64,000 nucleotides of DNA from Thalia democratica (taxonomy: Eukaryota): the NCBI GenBank assembly GCA_965202585.1, contig OZ241827.1:60450001-60514000 (forward strand), given 5' to 3'. The position numbers were made by a program, and so were the translations under genes. Below the pieces are notes generated by a model that was given only the letters and a program-made list of their open reading frames with translations, searched no databases and was not told where the DNA came from. Shown here piece after piece: positions 14,020 to 26,788 of the stretch. Each line of letters opens with the position of its first letter. Position 1 is the stretch's first letter.

Positions 14020-14068
14020 AAAACATATATGTTTTGCACTACACAATTACACGTATTTGATTTTATTA
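14020..14068 (-). pseudogene. Array exon-like cassette M2, copy with a 50-nt deletion
   Basis: acaag acceptor and gtcagt donor; VIKSNTCNCVVQNI; paralog of 32931-33029. Confidence 0.4.
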
Positions 14069-14697
14069 CTTGTAATATACCTTATTACTTAATGATTTAT
14101 TTTGTTTCTACTTACTTTTTAAGTATAGTTTTTTGTAATCTTTTTTTTGAAAAAAAAAACATACTTTTAGCATATCTATTAACATTTTTTAAGCATAAAA
14201 CTGCTTAATCGATATAAGATTTGTAGTACACTAATTACATCATCGATGTTTGCAACAGATTTATAAAATTTGTAACAATTATTCTGACAAACTCTTATAT
14301 GGACGTTTAGCCTAACAAAAAGAAAGAAATAGATGTATAAACCTAGCTTTTCTACGCAATAATAGTTATTTAACCATGCATGAGTGTTTACATTGTAGAA
14401 TGGAAGTAAGTTTTGGAATAAAAAGTTAGAAAATGATAAAATTTATTTAGATATTTTAAACAAGCAGCTTTATAGTTTTTTTAATAGCAACTAACTTTAA
14501 CTTTTTTATCAAAAAATTAATTGATTTTAAAACTTTACTTAGAAAGAACGCATAAAAATTTTTAAAAAGCAATTTTTTTGTTCTACTATTATAATTTTTT
14601 TTTTGTTTGGTAGCACACAAAATTGATTCAATTTTGTTGTCAAAGTTTTAAAAGTTTCACACATTTTGAAATTTTTGAACAAAAAACAAAAACATAC

Positions 14698-14749
14698 GTG
14701 CCCATCTGTTAATAAACGTTCGTTGTACTTTAGCCTATTTATTTTACAG
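14698..14749 (-). pseudogene. Array exon-like cassette M3 (52 nt, CKINRLKYNERLLTDGH)
   Basis: ctaac branch motif + gttttttag acceptor, gtatgt donor; the same sites and length occur at 33636-33687. Confidence 0.5.
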
Positions 14750-16408
14750 CTAAAAAACGTGTTAGTCTGGGCGAAATGTAAAGTTCAATACTTTTGTTTG
14801 TAAATACGTAAGATATCATGTTTTGTGTTTATAATTTTACTTCGTTACGTTTATGATAAAATAAGTACGTAGATATTAGGTTTTTTTTATACAAGTCATA
14901 ACGATTAATTAAAATTAAAAAAATACATAAGGGTTTTAAAAAATTTGAAAACTTGTTGACAATAAAATCTTAACGTTTGTTGTTATTTATTTTATTATAT
15001 ATTGTTGTATTTGTAACTCAACTATCAGTTTATAAAAAGTTTACAGTAAAAATAAAAATGATGTTTTCATTACATATTTAATAGTTTTGAAAAAGTATTA
15101 GTTTTTTAAAGTTTTGCGTAAAATAAAAGTTTATTTCTTAAAATGGTCTTTTTAACAATGTACCACAGTACGAAACTTTATTTAAATTTAATCATTAAAA
15201 ATTTGCATAAGTTAATTAAGAGAATTATTATACATTCAAATTATGACCACGCACGAAGTTAAACATGTTTTATTTGTAAAAACTAATTAAATTTTTGCTT
15301 AGTTTTATTTAAAGCTTTAATATTTAAAAGTTCAGTGTTGAATTATGAATACAAAATTAAATATTTTGGTAGGCAGTTGCAATCTATTTTTACAAATTTT
15401 ATGATTTGGTAATCGTATCTTTAAAAAAAATCCCAATAAGTTAGACTAGCTATAAGAAAATGTTAGCTCATTGTTTTTAGTTCAAAATGAAAAAATAAAG
15501 TAAAGGTGTACTGATGATAGAAAAATATTAAGATAATTAAATTAAAATGTTTATTGATACGAAACAAAAAAACTTTAAGAATAATAAATGTTATTGAATG
15601 ACAGAAATGTAATTAAAGTTGACATTTTAAACGAGTGAAAATTACCAGGTCACAACCAAATTTATTAAAATTTCTTTTTAAAAATGCTCATTAAAATACA
15701 AAAACGTTAATTATATCATCATAAACTTAAACAAAAAATTTTCACAGTGCCGCGTTATACCATGAATTAAAAATTTTGTAAGCGAGAAATTACAAATATA
15801 TTCTCAAAAAGAAAAAATATATATGTTTTAAGTAAAAGTTAATTTTACTTAAATTCTGTTTATTGCCTAAAAATTATGAAAAAAAAACTCTCAATAGATA
15901 ATGTAAGCTGATTGTGCATGATTAAAACATTAAATTCAACATGTTTCACCCATTCAAAACTTTTCAGAGGGTTAGAAAACGTGTTTTTATCACGTTTAAT
16001 CATTAAATGACTATTTTAATTATGTCATACAAACCTTAAAAACTTTAACTACAAGACATTGAATAAAAAAAAGTAACAGTTTTTCAACTAATCGAATAAG
16101 TTAATATTTGATTTGTATACCTAAGACATTAATGCTTTATCGATTGAAGTATAGAATATAGTATATTTAGTACATAAATATTTTTACTTTGATTAGTAAG
16201 TATAATTCTAAAACTTTTTTTTTATTAAATCCGTTTTTTTTTGTAAATAACTAACTAAAAAAAGGTTTAAACTTAAACTTTTACACGACTACAAATCATG
16301 AAATTCTTGAAAACAATCTGATTTAAATGCAGCCAAAGTTTTGTTTATAAATTTAATTTTGTATTGTTATTCTGAAATAAGTTGGCAAGTTGTGTATAGT
16401 TGGTTTAC

Positions 16409-16449
16409 AAAACAAAATATAAACTTAAACTTAGTTTTGCAACTGTCAA
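16409..16449 (-). pseudogene. Array exon-like cassette M4 (41 nt, DSCKTKFKFIFCF)
   Basis: AG...GT bounded; one of five equal-length paralogs with third-position-biased variation. Confidence 0.5.
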
Positions 16450-17693
16450 CTATTTAATTAAAGCAATGTCTTATTGTGTATGCTTTAACTAAGCTATGTA
16501 AAATATGTTTGAATTTCATGATTGCATAAAAGCAATTAGATTTTTTACCTATAATAATTTTAATAACTAAATAGTAAAAATAAGTATTTTGATAAAATTT
16601 AAAATATCTTATACGTTTGTAACAAGTTTATCTATAATATAAATTTCCAAAAAATAAATGTTAGTTTTAGTTTAATACTATCGTTTAACTTTTCTTTCTG
16701 CTAAAATATTATAAAATAGTCTTAATGGATAGTTTAGGTTTTAAACTTAATACTTTAAATAAACCTAAAAAATATCAAACACACTTAAAATAAATTTGTT
16801 TATTTTTATATTGCTTTGATTTGTTTAACCGCAATGTTTAATTAAAACCATACTCTTTAATATAATACACGCTTTACTCGTACTAATAAACTAAATTATA
16901 GTAGGCTTAAACTGTAATTGTTTTTTGTAACAAATCGTACAAACTTACAAGTATTGTTCCTCTCAATTAAAATAAACAATGTTAGTTTACAATAGTACAC
17001 TTTAGAAACAGTTTTTTTTATTAAGTGACTTTCTTTTAATACATCTTAACAGAAAGGTTCCATTGTAACAAATACTATGTTATAGTTTAGTTTAAGGTAG
17101 GTTGTTAAAATACTAATGTCAGCATGTCTAACATAAATAAAGATTATTATATGAATAAAACTTTAGAAAAATTATTCTATAAACAAAGTCATAAAAAAAG
17201 TTTAAATTTTGTATAGTTTTAAAAAAAGAAAATAAAATCTTATCTTATATCTAAAATATCAGTATTGTTTAAAATTTAAACTAAATTAATAGGGAATTTA
17301 ATTAAACTTAATTTATTTGTTCAAGTTTTTTATTATTGTAGTTAGAACGTTCAGGGTTATATTTTTTGTTTTTATTTCTTAAGTATAACCGATTGTTTTG
17401 TCCAGAACAATAAAATAAATAGTCCACATCTGCTAATAAAAATTAAATTGCATTTGTAACCTTTTTATGTTTGAAGTTAAAACGTGTTGAATTAATTGTT
17501 GTACGCCCATTTGTTAAAATAAAAAACCAAAATAATTTTAAGTTTAGCTTTTTTGTTTTTAGCGTTACGTAAAACGTTTCAAATATTCTTTTTATAAAAC
17601 TAGGATTTTTAAACAAGTAAAAATATAGTTTGTAAACAAAACAATTGTTTTTTTCTTCTGAAATAAGTTGGCAAGTTTGTAAACTTAGTTTAC

Positions 17694-17734
17694 GAAGCAT
17701 GAAAAAAACATAAACTTGGTATTGCAACTGTCAA
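17694..17734 (-). pseudogene. Cassette M4 copy (DSCNTKFMFFSCF)
   Basis: aatag acceptor and gtaaac donor, 41 nt. Confidence 0.5.
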
Positions 17735-20700
17735 CTATTTAATTAAAGCTATCTCTTATTGTACATGCTTTAACTATGATATGTAAAATATGTTAGTTTT
17801 TTGTGTTTTTTTATAAAGCAAAAGAGTTAAAAGTATTAAAGTTAAAAACAGAAGTGTTATTTTTTTTATGTATTATAAAACTATAATACTCATACTTTAT
17901 ATGTATTAAAGTAAAGTTTAAAAACTCAAACAACTTTTTTAAGTTGTATATCTACCTAAACAGGTTAAAAATTTAGATAAAAGAAAAAAACAAAACACAT
18001 ATTCACAAAATAAACTAGGATTGTATAGATTTATTATTTTCTGATATATTGAATACGCACGGCTAACTAAAATTTTTAAACAATTTTACTATAAGCTAAT
18101 TCTACTTAAAGTTATTAAATTTTGATTGAATTGATTTTTTTATAAAAGAAAAAAAAACATTTATTCTATTTAAAACTATATCAAGTATTTTATTATTAAA
18201 CGATTTAGTTTCATACGGTAGGTCTCTAAACCTTCAATTTTTTTAGCTAAGTATTTGCTCTAAATAAATAATTTAGTGCTAGTAGTTATTACTAGTAAAC
18301 TTAGATAAAAAGGAGATTATAGCTAAAATAAAGATAAAATTATTCTTTAACATAGCAAAACGGAAAGAAATAATTACAAATAATGTAAATGTTTAATATT
18401 TATAAAATTCTTGGCTTTGTTACACCAACATATGCTACTATTAAGCATTATACTCACCTTTTATTACATAAAAAAATCAAAGTTTTTCATTTGTTTTGAA
18501 TTTTGTTTCATTCTAACGTGCCACTGTTATACAAATTTAAGCTGCATTAAAGCCACAACATATTTTGAGATTAGAACTCATTGTGGCAATGTTTCTAAAA
18601 AATTTGAAAAGCCGTTAAATCATTTTGCTAAGAGTTCGTCTAAAAGTCGTCTAAAAGTTAAAACTGCTTTTGCCTAAAGAAATTTTTAAGGTTTTGTTTA
18701 CTTGTGTTGTTACCAATGTTATTTTAGATGTTTACTTATTTTTAGAGCAAGTTGTAAAACTTTGTTGTTTTAAATAGTATTTACAAAGTTTACAAATCAA
18801 TTATTCGAATAAGTTTTTACCAAAAATCAAAAGTAAAATAAAAATCGAAATAAAACATTCACATCACTTGTAACACTTATGTTGTTTTTCATAGCGTACT
18901 GCCTTATTGAATTCATAAAACTTTGTAGTAATTTTAGAAGCAATAACAGCTTTTCGGTACGAATTTGATTAATTTGTGTTTTTCTATTTACTCTGCAATT
19001 AAAAAGTTTCACTTTTCCAAAAACTTCAAGTGATATCGCGCAAATGTAGCTTTAATTAATGTATCGCTTCAACAAACTATATATACATATCAATAATCTA
19101 AAACGATTAAAAATTAATAATTATTTGATATATACTTTCGAAAATAAGTTATTTTTGGTTATAACTTAGCCTATAGTACATTTTACATAAATGTTTTAAC
19201 AAATTGTGTTAAAAAATGAATTGAAATATTAAATACTATGTTTCAAAAAAACCTATGTTATTTAAAAAGAATAAAAAAAATTTGATTTTTTAAGTTAACA
19301 ATACTTTGATTAAATTTTGTTTTGGTAAAATCAAGTTTTACAGTTCAATGTTGATACTAAACATGTTTAAGATAAGCTTTTTTTAATTAAAACTGTCAAA
19401 ATTGTTTAGTTATTTTATTTATTTACAATTTTCTTTATGACAAACTTTATAAGAAAATAAATTAAAAACATAGAAAAAATTTTAATCACCTGTTCTTTTT
19501 TTGATCCATTTTAAAATAAATAATCACAGCTGTTTTGAAATTATTAATTTTTCAAAGAGTAAGAATTAAAATATTAAAATACTTTGTTAAGTAAATAAAA
19601 TGATACTAATTAAGTTTAAAAAGTTCGTATAAGTTTAAAATGTTTAAAAGAGCTACATGACTGCTAATACACTTTAATAAAAACATTTTAAAAGTGTTTT
19701 AACTGCTTTACATAAACGATGAATAAAAATTTTTTAAATAATTAGATTTAATTGTGTTTAGGACAACTGGTAACCTCTAAATATTTCAAAAAGAAAAAGT
19801 TTCAGATAAACAACTTTAGCTTAAATTGATTAACTATTGTTTAAAAAAATTTCATTAACTTTAGTATCTTTAAATAATAATGTATTTTATAAGCATTTAT
19901 CTTAGATGTTCTAGATTGTAATTACAACTTTTGAATTCTTCATATTGTTTGTTATGTAATTACAAGCATCTTGTGATTTGATTTTTTTAATTATGTTTTC
20001 TTGTTGGTATTTTCAAGGAGATGTAAAACTAAACCCACTTTGAATAGTTTTAATGTACAAAGTTTGTTGTTTACGAAAAGGGATATTTCAAACTTTTGTT
20101 AAAGTAAGCTTTTCATCTTTTACTTTCTATTTATTAACGTCAGTTACTTTGTATGAATGTAAACAGTTTAGCTTTTAAGATAGTACGTCGAAAACTGATG
20201 GAAGATGAAAGACTGTAGTTAATACATAATGTAAGCTTTACATAGTCCTTTTTTTAAATTAATACATACACTGACCAATTTTTTATTTATATTTAATTTA
20301 AAACTGTATAAAATAAAATAAAAAACATCTTTTATACAAAAATAATTTGTTTTAGAGAAGTAAATCTAGTTAACGCCCAGTATACCACATTTTATTTTTA
20401 TGACATTTATTGTTATAATTAATCTTACATGCCTAAATTTCTGTACATAGTTTAAGGCAAACACATAACAAAACATATCTTACTAGTCTTACAATTGAGT
20501 AAAACAACTTCTCAAAAAATTTAAATATAGTTATCTTTTGTACAAATAGTTGGACAAATTATATTGCTACACCAAGTAGTTAGAAAAAAACATACACATA
20601 CAAGAGTATTTCGAACAAACTTATATATTGTTAATAGTTTTACGATGATCAATAAAATCGTACAGGCCTTAAAAGGGACGTTTATAAATATTTAAAAAAT

Positions 20701-22334
20701 GAAATAACAAAATTTTCTTATTTGCTTTTGAAATATTACATAAATTAAATCAAAAGTTAGTTTTGCTAGAAATGACACTAAACTATTTTTTATTCATAAC
20801 AGTAAAACTTTCCTACTTAAAAGATATTGTTAATGTTTTTATATACATAAACAACATACTGACACATTTTTGCGGTAAGGTATATGCAAGGAGTATATAT
20901 AGTAAAAATTATGTTGTTACTTAAAAGCGATCATAAGAATTTTTTGTGTTTTGTTCAATATATCATAAATTTTAAGCAGTGATAATTCAGCAACAGATAA
21001 TAAGCATTTATCATTACAAAGTCAAGCTTATCAATTAACACAACAACTAGGTGTACTAACTTCATTTATTACTTAATTAGCTTAATTGATTTTGTGAACT
21101 TGATAATGTGTTAATTTGATGAAATAATTCAATTTAACCAAGAAAACACATCAAAATTTTATTAAGTTTTTAGGTGTCAGAGAATTTTTTTATTTTATGT
21201 TATAATTGTGACAGTATTAAACAAGTTTCTTAAACAATATTTTTATAATTATAAACCAAATAAAAAAAGCAAGTTCAATAATATAATAAACTTACTAAAG
21301 TTTCATGTTAAATTAGTTAGATATTTTCAAAAAATAAAAATTGAGACGAAGTTTTGTATTTTATTTAACGTAGATGTCAGCAAACTGCAGCCCGCGAAAA
21401 AAAACAATGAAATTACACTAACTATCGTGATTTATGAAATAAAGAACAATAAAAAAGAGATATTGGATACAACTTACGGAAAAATCAAAACTTGTACAAG
21501 TTTTTCTCGTATCTGTCTATAACTACTATAACTGCGGCCAACGAGTGTTTTTTTAATTGAGTTCACAATTCCTTTTGAAACCTGAAACTGATTATACGGT
21601 AACGAAATTTGTTTTTAAGTCTTGTGTGAATTTAACTAGACAAACGAGAAATAATAATTCACAACATAGACGAAGGCAACTTTTAGTTTGCAAATTTATT
21701 CATTCCTCTTTTAGTTGACTTTTTACACTTGTAAGAATACTTACTGGTGAAAATAATTTTAAGCATCTTTTTATTTGTTGACACTTTGATTAGGTTATTA
21801 ATATGCTAGTAGTTTTTTAATTCAAATTGTAAACTAAATTTTTGTAATTTGTTAATAAATATCAGCTTTTTAAATAGCAGTTGAGCAGTTCTAGATACTT
21901 TCTGAAAAATATCTACCTAAATTCTAATTAGTTTTACTTTGTTATTGAACTTTCATAAAGTTCAACACATAAAATTAGACTTGTGCCCGTAAAGAAGTTA
22001 ATAAGAACAAAAAACCATCTCCTAAAAGTGAAAACGAAAAATTTATTTTCACCAGTCTTGTATATTTAGCTTTTTAAGAAGCAAAAGACAAAATTTAAAG
22101 ATTATACTTAAGTTATTTGCTATATATTGATGTTAGAACTTTTTATATTCCTTAAGTTATAGTATCTCGTTGTAAATTTTTATTTTACTATATTACTATT
22201 TTCTAAATTTAAATTTCCAAACCTGATCTACGAATTTAAACTGTTTAACTAACAATCGCAACTTTACTTACATATTTTGGAGTAAGTTTATTTTTGTTTA
22301 TAAGCTTGTATTAACACAAACTTGAAAAGTATAA

Positions 22335-23366
22335 TTACAAAAAATCATACGATGGTTTTACATGTTTATTGCATACTTTAGTTCAAATCAATTTCGGACA
22401 ACAGTCCTTCTTCAGTGAACTTTAAACTAACAGAATTAAAACACATTCATACAACTAAGTAAATAAAAGTGAAAAAATATGTTATGACGTAGTAATTCAA
22501 AACTATGTTTATAACCAAATTTTCAAAAACGAGAAGATTTTTTACATTATATTGATATTTTTGTATGTAAAAGTAAATCCAAATGAAATAAATATAAAAA
22601 GAAACACTTTACCGATATAAACTTTAAATTAAAAAATATCTTACTAAGAAGTATTAAATGTAAGTGATTGTTAATAAATAATTACTGCTATCGGTAAAAT
22701 AAAAACAAAACTATTTTCTTAAACAATACTTATAGTAATTACTAAAACCTATATTAATAAGAAACAGTATCTTACAAACTTTTTATCTTAAAGAAATAGT
22801 GTTATCGATGAAAAAAAATAACTATTTTGAAACAAAACCTTACTAAAACAATAATATAAAAATTAAATGAAGAATTAAATTAAATTTTTTTTACATCAAA
22901 TTATTTTTCCTAATATATTTGTTTTTAAGTAAACATTTTATTAAATAAACAAACGATTAAAAACTATTCTGAAACAAAAAATTATTCTTAGTAAAACTAT
23001 CCTATTAAAAATCGGTTGTTGTAAAGTTATTGGTTTTATAAGTATGCTATCATCTATAAAAAGGCAGTTTTGTTTTATTTATGTTTATACTTGCTTGTAT
23101 ACAAGTATTAACATAAATATTGGTTAACTTTTACATACAAAAATGTCAATATAATGTGAAAAATTTTTTAGCTTTTAAAAATTTGGTTCTTTACACAGTT
23201 TTGAATCACTACGTCATAATATAATTTTCAACTTTCTTTTACTTAGTTGCATGAATGTGTTTTAGTTCTGTTAGTTTAAAGTTCACTGAAGAAGGACTGT
23301 TGTCCGAAATTGATATGAACTAAAGTATGCAATAAAAATGTAAAACCATCGTATGATTTTTTGTAA
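22335..23366. repeat. Long inverted repeat (arms about 22335-22575 and 23128-23366), foldback/MITE-like
   Basis: The outer ~110 bp are nearly perfect reverse complements and the inner parts are more diverged; no TSD seen. Confidence 0.85.
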
Positions 23367-23865
23367 CTGTTGATGCAGGGTAAAAAATCACAAGTAAAAC
23401 AAATAGCTTTGTCCTTGACCGATTTGAGAATTATATATAAATTTGTCTTGAAAAATATAACTAATGTTAAAACTTTAGAGTATTGCTATCGTAAGCCTTT
23501 AGTGAATGTAGCTTCAGAAAACTGAAAAAAGTAGTTATTAATTCTAAAAACAGTTAACAAAGTTTTGTTGGTATACTTTGAAAATCAATGAGGTAAAAAA
23601 TAAACAAGTTAGTCTGGTTTATTATTATAGTGAAGTATAAAATAAATTAGCATTGTTTTATTTGAATTTTTTTTTTCAACACAATAAAAACATATTAGGG
23701 TCTTTTTTTTTATAAGTATTTACTCATTTTAAAAACTTGAAGAATAAGTCAAGCTGAGAGATTTTATAAATTCGCTTTCTACCTAACACTTCGAAACCTA
23801 CAATAAATAAAAAAGATTACTTTTATTCAGCTATGTGCAAACTGTCAGTATATTTCACAACTGAC

Positions 23866-23964
23866 AAAACATATAAACAAATTTGTGTTTAAAATATGAT
23901 AATGACAACTTTTCACGATAAAAATTGTTTCGCACTACACATTTGCACGTGTTTGATTTTATCA
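23866..23964 (-). pseudogene. Cassette M2 copy (99 nt), acceptor AG lost
   Basis: VIKSNTCKCVVRNNFYREKLSLSYFKHKFVYMF; gtcagt donor; AG->TG. Confidence 0.45.
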
Positions 23965-24316
23965 CATTTTATGACTCTTTTTACTTAATAATCTCATTTC
24001 TTTTTACTTTAAGCTTTCAAGTATGGTTGTAGTATGTCATTTGCACGAGTTTAATTTTTTTAATTTTCAAAACACTTATTTTACCTAAAAATAAAAAAAC
24101 TAATTAAAATAAATTAAAACTAAATATAATTACAAAAAAAATAAAATAAATTAAACTTTAAAGTAGATTAAGAATATATTGATGACTATGATAATATTAA
24201 ACGAAGCACATTGGATACATTACAACTCAAATTTAGACAACTAAAGTTCCAACAATTCAAATTCTTAGAAAAATATTTAAAAGACTATATCTCAATAAGT
24301 AATATTAATTTGAAAA

Positions 24317-24359
24317 AAAAAAAATATGTAGATATTATTAATATCTACATATTTTTTTT
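24317..24359. repeat. Perfect 20-bp hairpin with 3-nt loop
   Basis: A8-TATGTAGATATT-att-AATATCTACATA-T8. Confidence 0.9.
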
Positions 24360-26747
24360 AATCTAGAATACTATTCAAGATATTTTAAAATTACTAAAAA
24401 TGACTATACCTTTTTTTATTATTTAACCCATATCTCAAAAAATATTTGACGTTTAGCAAAAAAAAAAAATGACTTGTAGATATTAGACCTACATATATAT
24501 TCTTTGTATTTGACAAGTGTACATTACTTTTATTTTGTGGCTGTTTCATTTTTTTTTAAGTACTTGAATTGTCTGAATTTGAATAGTCGTACACCCAGCA
24601 CATTTTGTCTAAGTAAAGCACGCTTTATATGCTATTACGATTGATATTATAAAAGTAAAACTCGCATTAAAATGAAGAGTGATGTACACAAGTTAACATT
24701 TCTATTGTGTAGATTGATGATGTACCAGGTTTGACGTTAGCTTATGTGACAATCATAATTAAGTTAATTGGTTATTTTAATTGTATTGTTGAAGTGTTTA
24801 AGTTGAGGAATTTTAAATTGTTTAAAACTTAATTTTATTTCTAAAGAAAAATAAAAAAATAAATACTTTCGAATATGCTATTCTAGTTATTCCTATAAAA
24901 TATTTTGTATGATATATTGATAAAAAAGGTGTAATTCCAGTTGTTATTAGCAATATAGAATGTTGAGTTATACTTCCTAAATAAACTAATAAAACATTGT
25001 GTTAAATTACTTATCTTAATCTCTTAATCTTATCTATAATATGTAAGTAATGTCTTATGTTTTAACTAAGTTTGAATTCTTTGTTACATTACAAATAACT
25101 TATAAACGTTAACGAAGCTTGTTTCTTGACACTTTTTTTTTAGTAATACTCGCGTTTTTTTTTGCTTAAAATCATTATTTTTTATAGGTTTTTTTCTAAG
25201 ACAGTAACGCAAAAGATTACTAGATAGCTAAGATTACTACAACAAAAAATAATTTACGAAATATAAATACAAAAGTTTGTAATAATAAACTTGTGTTCAT
25301 TATTATGTTTTTAAGTTTTGACCACCCACACAACAAAAAACGTATTGTTTAAAATTAATGTTTACGTCTTTAAATTGTTTTAAAGAACTTTTATGCTTTT
25401 TCTTAATTACTTGCAAAAGATTAAATGTAGTAGTTGTCATTAAATACTATCAACATAAACGTTATTAAAAATAAAATGAACAAATTTTATAAGTTTAAAA
25501 AAAATATTTTTTCTTATTTGTTACTTTTATTAAAAATATGTAAACAATTTAGATAAAAATAAACTGTTAACACATAATATATACTTAATATATATCTTTT
25601 TCCAGTTTCATTATCGAGTTGACGACCTTTTACCTGAGTAGGTACAAAAATAATATTTAAACCATAATAAACGTTTTAAATGTTAATTAATTAAATTAAA
25701 TCCTCTCAAAACAAGACATAATCAAATTTATATTAAGAATATAATCTAAACACTTGAATTTTTAATCCTAGCATAGACTTTTTTTATGAAGAAAACTTTT
25801 ACATTTAAAAGTTATAACATGAAGTCAAAGTTTTTTTAATAAAAGTATTTGCAAACATTTTGATGATTTTTTTCAATGTTTTATATTAATTTTATTTATT
25901 ATCACAATTAACTTACAGTTTTTAAGATGTATTTTTTAAATTGTCCAATTAAGCTGCTGGATAATAGTAAAATATATATTACAATACAAATATCTAATTT
26001 AAAAGTTTTATAAATCTGTTACGAGTCTTTCAAACACTGCAAAACTAGTTTTATATTTTACTGTCAGTAACTTATTGATTATGTAATTAATTATAATAAT
26101 ATTAAGTAAATAGTTAAGCTGTAAAATAACTTTGAAATTCATAATAAAAACCATAAATAAAAAAAATCTACTATTTTTTATTTCTCACATGTTTTTGATC
26201 CTTTTAGGTAAAAATTTATATAAATACAAAACAGCGAAGTGGCAAAGCTTCAAACCATTTTGCAATAATATAACGCTTTATAAATGATTAACACAAAATG
26301 TCTAATTATATGATTGTTTTTTTTATTATAAAAATACGTAAAATCTTAAATATTTCAAGTTAGAAACTATAGTTTAAATTAAAGGCTAAATTAATCTAAA
26401 CTAAAGTAGCCAAAATGTCAATGATTTTTTCAACAAAAACTTTAACACTTTTTATGTAAGAAATATTTTAATAACTACACTTAATAAAAATATTCAAAAC
26501 TTTGAAGAATGCAGTGTAAAGAATAATACATTCAGTCAAAAAATGTTTTTATCTTGTTTATATCTACACATTTACAGTTTTTTTTTCAAAACTAAATAAA
26601 TAACGAGCTTGTGTAAATTTTAACTTGTTTACGATCATGAAATTGTTTTAAATGATCTGAACTTAAGTGCAGCAAAAATATCGTTTGTAAACAAAATTTG
26701 TTTTGATCTTTAGAAATAAGTTGGCAAGTTGTGTATGGTTGGTTTAC

Positions 26748-26788
26748 AAAACATGATACTAATGTAAACTTGGTATTGCAACTGTCAA
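26748..26788 (-). pseudogene. Cassette M4 copy (DSCNTKFTLVSCF)
   Basis: ggcag acceptor and gtaaac donor, 41 nt. Confidence 0.5.

Noticed and set aside
24712-24756. GATTG...CAATC stem with TGATGA (C/D snoRNA-like)
   Set aside because: Too short, and no CTGA box D.
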